From positions 18,786,001 to 18,850,000 of the forward strand of contig OX597825.1 in NCBI GenBank assembly GCA_951406725.2: 64,000 bases of DNA, written 5' to 3'. A program made the translations under genes and the position numbers. Under the pieces are notes generated by a model. The model saw only the letters and a list, made by a program, of their open reading frames with translations. It was not told where the DNA came from and ran no database searches. Below, one piece after another: positions 58,038 to 64,000 of this stretch. Each line of letters opens with the position of its first letter. The stretch's first letter is position 1. The stretch is from Octopus vulgaris (taxonomy: Eukaryota).

Positions 58038-58464
58038 AATACAATGATTATCATTGTTTTTTGATTTGCGATATTTGGACCCAAAACATAAAAATTGAAC
58101 ATTTTTTCCTGCATTTTTCAACAGATTCGGGAAAAAATTGGATAAATTTTCAAGCAATAACACCGCTTACCATTTTTAAAGTAATTCTGTCCAAAATGGC
58201 ATCCAAAGAGAGAAACGCAGGTGAGACCTCTCAAAAACAGCAATATATGCATCTACATATAATTATTTATATCCACACAAAATGAAAATTATATACTTTA
58301 TCAACAACAAAAAATGATAAGAAGACAAAGGAAATGACAGTTACACATTCACATCTCAACGATAACAAGCAGGTGATAACGAAAATTGTATTGTTATTTC
58401 AACAAATAAAATGGAGCACTGAACATCGTCGGATCCAGGAAAATATACAAAGTTATGTTACAAC

Positions 58465-58615
58465 AGACAGTGCATTCTTGTTAGAAAAATACATCGGTAA
58501 TCAACAAGGAAAGAAAGACAGTGCATTCTTGTTAGAAGAATACATCGGTAATCAACAAGGAAAGAAAGACAGTGCATTCTTGTTAGAAGAATACATCGGT
58601 AATCAACAAGGAAAG
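58465..58615 (+). repeat. About 3 x 51-bp tandem repeat
   Basis: Unit agacagtgcattcttgttagaa(a/g)aatacatcggtaatcaacaaggaaagaa. Confidence 0.93.
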
Positions 58616-58792
58616 GAGTATTATGCATGTCTTGAGAAAATAAAATGAGGGTTGTCTTTCATAAGGCTACAAAAAAAATTATTGCAAGAAACTCTTATTA
58701 ACCTGTAAGTCAATGTAATTTCCATTAATCAGGTTAGATCATACGGTTGGACGTACCAAGTATTTAAGATTCGCAACGCGATGATGTAACTA

Positions 58793-59357
58793 TTGGATTG
58801 TCCGGAAAGTTCGTGAGATTTTTAAAGAAAACAAAAAAGTCAATAAATACTTGTCATTATATTTTTAATCAACCAAATATGGATCATTTTGTTGCACAAT
58901 GAGTCTCCATCTTTCCTTTAACTTGAAAATACCCTCTTCCCAGAATTTAGGTGGTTTTATGGCAAATAATTCATCAAGGTATCTTTTTACGTCATCCAAG
59001 GAATTGAAATTTTTACCATTAAGACTATTCTGCAGAGACCCGAATAAGTGGAAATCCGAAGGAGCAATATCTGGTGAATATGGAGGGTGGGGTAACACAA
59101 CCCAGCCGAGCTGCAACAATTTTTGTCTGGTTCTCAAAGCATCAAATGCCGAAAATGAACTTTCTTATCTTCCATTTTAAAGGGTTACAGAATTGACACA
59201 GGTCATAGGAACATAAAACTTCTTCGACGAAAAGATAGTTTAAACTGTGCTCTAAATGGAGGTGTATTCAAATCTTATTTTATGGACTCGCCTATGTTCT
59301 AAAATAAGTCGAAATATAAGCTACTATAAATCGGCATGAACTTTCCGGACAACCCAA
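58793..59357 (-). mobile_element. Internally deleted mariner (second family)
   Basis: TIRs ttggattgtccggaaagttcgtg / catgaactttccggacaacccaa with TA flanks. LPHPPYSPDIAPSDFHLF..GIFKLKERW (58865-59137). Confidence 0.93.
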
Positions 59358-59616
59358 TATTTCCCCCTTTCAACATTTTTCATAATTTCCTCATTTAATT
59401 TTCTCTCATGTGTTCTAGATATTCTGTAAACAGACCTTCATGTATCACCACCTGAGAAATTATTTTCATTCTAACTCAGAACCTAAGCATGTCTTCTCGA
59501 ATCCTACCACCTCTGCGACAATCATTAGCCATTTTCCTCCCCCTGCTATTTTGGAGCATTTTCTGTTCACATTAGATGCATATTTCTGCGTATTGTGTAC
59601 TACTTCTTCTTATTCT

Positions 59617-59793
59617 TGGGTTACAGAATTAACACAGATTATAGAAATATAAATCTTCTTCCACGAAAAGATAGCTTAAACTGTGCTCTAAATTGAGGTG
59701 TAAGCAACTCCTATTTTATGGAGTCAACCATGTTCTTAAATAAGACGAAAGGTAAGCTACTATAAATCGGCACGAACGTTCCGGACAACCCAA
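59617..59793 (-). mobile_element. Solo 5' end of the same mariner family
   Basis: Similar to 59182-59357; ends in ccggacaacccaa-TA. Confidence 0.85.
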
Positions 59794-60436
59794 TAGCCTT
59801 CTCAGCTCCATATCTTCCTGAACATTTCTCATATCACCTTATTCGTAACTTGTAAATATGTTCACTAGAACTTTCTGAATTCAAATTGGCGCCTCCTAGT
59901 TCTCGAGGAATTCTTTTAGTGAAGTGTCTGGGCTACAAATTTTGTTGTGGCTTTTCAGGTTTGCTCACACTCATTTGATTGTTTTGAACAATTTCATCGG
60001 TATTAATTTCTTTACTGTTCATATTACTCTTCAGAATTATTCTACATTTATTTATGTTGATACTGCATTGATTCCTATCGTATTTTTGCTTCGTTCTTGA
60101 TAAAATTATTTTTGGGTTAGAGTCAAACTGTTTGTTTTGTTCAAAGATTTGTTATCACTAGCAGATTCTTACCGATTTAGCGAAACATTTTTGTTTGTTT
60201 AACTTGTATTGTTGTTGTTTTCTTTCTGTTCCCCTCCTTTTGTTATTCGGATATTGATTTCATTAAGTATTAAAAAAATATTTCTACCTATTTTGTCTTT
60301 CGCTTGTTCATTTTTCAGTGTTTACGTATGCGTACATCTGGCAGAGTATTTAATTTAGATTCATTTATAACTACTATCATTGCTGCTTATTTTAATTTCT
60401 TTTAGCTGGTGGTATTGCAATGTCTCTTGTTGTTGC

Positions 60437-60820
60437 ACTCTTTTGCTCGTTTCAGTCATTTGACTGCGGTCATGCTGGAGCAGCGTCTTTGTTCGAGAAA
60501 ATCGACCCCAGGACTTATTCTCTGTAAGCCTAGTACTTATTATATCGGTCTCTTTTGTCGAACCGCTAAGCTACAGGGACGTAAACACACCAGCATCAGT
60601 TGTCAAGCGATGTTGGGGGGACAAACACAAACATATACACACGTACATATATGTATATGTACGACGGGCTTCTTTCAGTTTCTGTCTACCAAATCCACTC
60701 ACAAGGCTTTGGTCGGCCCGTGTCTATAATAGAAGGCACTTGCCCAAAGTGCCACACAGTGGGACTAAACCCGAAACCATGTGGTTGGTAAGCAATCTAC
60801 TTACCATACAGCCACTCCTA
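60437..60820 (-). mobile_element. SINE family A (older copies at about 60885-61150 and 63040-63373)
   Basis: Similar to 7381-7789. Confidence 0.9.
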
Positions 60821-61973
60821 TGGTATTTATTTTTACTTGGGAGATATTTAGGTGTCCCATAGTGTGATATACTATTCTATATTTTAGATGTTTCAATCAC
60901 TGGACTGCGGCCATGGTGTAGTACCGTCTTGAAGCTCGGTATGTTTTTAATAGAGTAACTACTATATCGCTGTCTTTTCCAAACCATTAAGCTACCAGGA
61001 CGTAAACCAACAAGCGTGTGTTGCTAAGCGGTAGTTGGGACAACCTCAAGCACGTGTACCAAACTCGCTCACGAGGCATTGGTCAGTGTTGGGCCATAGT
61101 AGAAGACACTTTCTCAAAGGGCTGCCGCAGAATATTCAACCCGAAACCGTCTTCTTAATTCTTACTCATATTCATATTTGTGTTCTTCTGATTCTGACAG
61201 ATTCGTTGATAATAATTCTCTAACAGTTCCAAGGTTTTGTTTGGTTCTTCATCTTCATCAGTTTCTTAAAGCCAATCATATGCTTCTCAATCTTCAACCT
61301 GAAAATTTTCCAGAATTGCGCTTTTTATATACTTTGAGGGCTAATGATGAAAAAATAACATTCATTTAATTCGGAAAATAAATAATAAAGCAGAAAAAAA
61401 GGCATTTAAATTTACATAATGTTTGCCAATGAAATGAGTCCAGTGTCTTCACAGCGGAAGTTGAAACTCTTGTTGTCATGGTAACTCTAATGTATCATTG
61501 CTTACGCACGTGTCGACAGACCATGTGTTTTCGCTTCATTAAATTCTTTTCACCTGTGTATAAACCTTTTAGCGGTGAACAGGAATTGTCTGGAGTGTAT
61601 TCTATTTCCATTGAAAATGAGTTCCCGAACATTATAACCAAATTTGGTGACGTCGTCAGTGAATACCGAAACGGAGGAAGAAACGACAGTGTCTTACAAA
61701 TGAAAGGAGTTATTTTGAAAGAAAAAATCTCTATGAATACTCATTATAAGGAACTACACCATGGATGCTAATACTGGCCACAGGTGGACAAGACAACTGA
61801 GGTCCAAGTCTTCAATCTCTAACCTAAACCTTACATATACAAGGCAACATCAGCGTGAAATATAGTTCAAGTTACAAATCCGAACAAGTAAACCAGGCAA
61901 CGAAGAGAGCTTCTTAAAATTCTTCTCCAATTGATAAAAATTTTTGTCATGTTTCAGAGCTAACATAATAGAT

Positions 61974-62150
61974 TGCTATGAAACATATTAAACTTTCAAA
62001 TTTCTATAATTTATTATGGTTATGAAATTTATCGAATATTTCAGCTTTCATAGTTTCTTGTTGCATTGAAACTTATTGAATTTTCATCATATAATTTTGC
62101 TATGACACCAATAGAAAATTCAATTTTTTAGCATGTTTCATAGCTATGAA
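61974..62150. repeat. Small fold-back/MITE-like element
   Basis: gctatgaaacat.. / ..atgtttcatagc arms with internal (gc)tatga(aa) repeats. Confidence 0.5.
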
Positions 62151-62333
62151 ATATGTCCTTAAATGTTGTCTTTCGCTTATTTTTAATCGTATTTATTTAT
62201 CTCTTATTTACCATTGTAACACGAATATTTTTTAAACCGGGAAGGTAGCCTATTGAATTTAAAAAATTAATGGTAAAACTAAAATTTGTTTTATCACCCA
62301 AGTGCCTTTCCAAATCCCCAAACCAGCTTCGAT

Positions 62334-62434
<101 letters not shown>

Positions 62435-62450
62435 CACACACACACACAAT

Positions 62451-62680
62451 TGTGTCTGGGAAGAGTCATTCTCTTTTAGTGCCTTATAATTTAACACACT
62501 CACGGTAAAATTTCCACTTTCTTTTCTTTGTACTTTTAAACTTTTCGTTGCGTCTTGCAACCTTTTCAAAACTATTGAAAATGTAGCAAGATGTAATGGA
62601 AAGAATGACTCTCTCTAGACAAAACAGTATAAGCTTCGACACATGAACTCACATAAAGAATGTTACAAACCAAATATAGA
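62451..62680. mobile_element. Family H1 fold-back repeat; junction at the hammerhead-like motif
   Basis: Minus strand TTGAAAA-G-GTTGC AAGAC GCAAC-GAAA (62543-62569) sits head-to-head with a diverged plus-strand copy (ctattgaaaatgtagcaagatg, from 62572). Confidence 0.75.
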
Positions 62681-62767
62681 TATTACCATTATATAAAAAG
62701 AGCACTTACTTTTGCACTTCTATAAACCCTTTTGTTTCCATAAAAGAGACAAATATTATTTCTTGTC

Positions 62768-62903
<136 letters not shown>

Positions 62904-63689
62904 GTATGTATCTATACATACATATGTGCACGGAATATTTGACTATCCCGAAACACGTCTAAACTATTCATGTCTGAAAAACACTTCATCAATTTTGTTG
63001 ATGAAGTCTACACCAGCACTTTTTTCTGTCTATGAAGCCAGATGCTTAATGTATCGGTCGCTTTTGGCGAACCACCATGTTACAGGAAGGTAAACACACC
63101 AGTAATTATTGTCCAGCTGCGGAGGGGAACAAACACACACATACACATATACACACCCATACATACACACACACACATACATACATACATATATAAATAA
63201 AGGAAGGGAGAGAGTGAGATGTATATGCGACGAGCTTCTCTTACTTTCCATCTACCAAATTCAATCTCAAGGCTTTGGTCAGTCTGAGACCACAGTAAAA
63301 GACACTTGATGAAGGGGCCACGTAGTGGGAATGAACGCGAAACCTTATGACTGAGAAACAAGCTTCTTCCCACAAAATTTTCTAAGCCTAAAATTTTCTC
63401 GAAAAGCGTATGTGATTTTCATTAGAATATTTCATATTTAGCGCACTTTTTTCTGAAAAGAACAGCAACTTCGTCTGTAGCACGACTTCGCTCTAATGGA
63501 ACTGTGTTCGCAACACAGAAGAAGCAGAAAGCCTTGAAAGTGTCAGCTGCAAGTGATGGGCAATGGATGGTAATTATGACGATTATAACGATTATGACGA
63601 TGACACAGCTAAACCAACGAGCTGCTAGATTCATACGACTACGGCTACCGTCACATCTAATCCCACATCTAATACAAAGTTTGAACTGT

Positions 63690-64000
63690 GGAGGCGCAAT
63701 GGCCCAGTGGTTAGGGCAGCGGACTCACGGTCATAGGATCGCGGTTTCGATTCCCAGACCGGGCGTTGTGAGTGTTTATTGAGCGAAAACACCTAAAGCT
63801 GCACGCGGCTCCGGCAGGGGATGGTGGTGATCCCTGCTGTACTCTTTCACCACAACTTTCTCTCACTCTTTCTTCCTGTTTCTGTTGTACCTGTATTTCA
63901 AAAGGGCCAGCCTTGTCACTCTCTGTGTCACGCTGAATATCCCCGAGAACTACGTTAAGGGTATACGTGTCTGTGGAGTGCTCAGCCACTTACACGTTAA
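63690..64000 (+). mobile_element. SINE family C, runs off the window end
   Basis: ggaggcgcaatggcccagtggttagggc..gtttcgattccc head; tail shared with the 52893 copy. Confidence 0.9.

Noticed and set aside
61478-61771. 97-aa ORF, faintly like a mariner C-terminus
   Set aside because: Too degenerate and no TIRs found.

Overview
This is AT-rich, microsatellite-saturated eukaryotic (metazoan) DNA. I found no recognisable host protein-coding gene, and nearly all listed ORFs are translations of simple repeats. The tRNA-derived SINE families and the (TA)n/(TAA)n/(TATG)n/(GATA)n landscape suggest an octopus-type cephalopod genome (inference). Mobile elements: at least 3 modular tRNA-headed SINE families in many copies; R4/Dong-type RLE non-LTR retrotransposon remnants in microsatellites; Penelope-like element (PLE) RT and GIY-YIG fragments; a near full-length mariner plus several deleted mariners/MITEs; a non-autonomous Helitron-like element. 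Also present are a U6 snRNA retrocopy fused to a SINE tail and a 100-N gap. The most unusual signal is a set of short non-autonomous repeats, mostly in microsatellites and often folded back as inverted repeats. They carry minimal type I hammerhead-ribozyme-like folds with non-canonical cores: a U3-A8 compensatory swap, U6 and C4 variants, and a 1-nt insertion next to stem II. One sits downstream of a tRNA-derived head, suggesting a PLE-mobilised SINE/retrozyme system. Ribozyme folds were read by eye and are untested.
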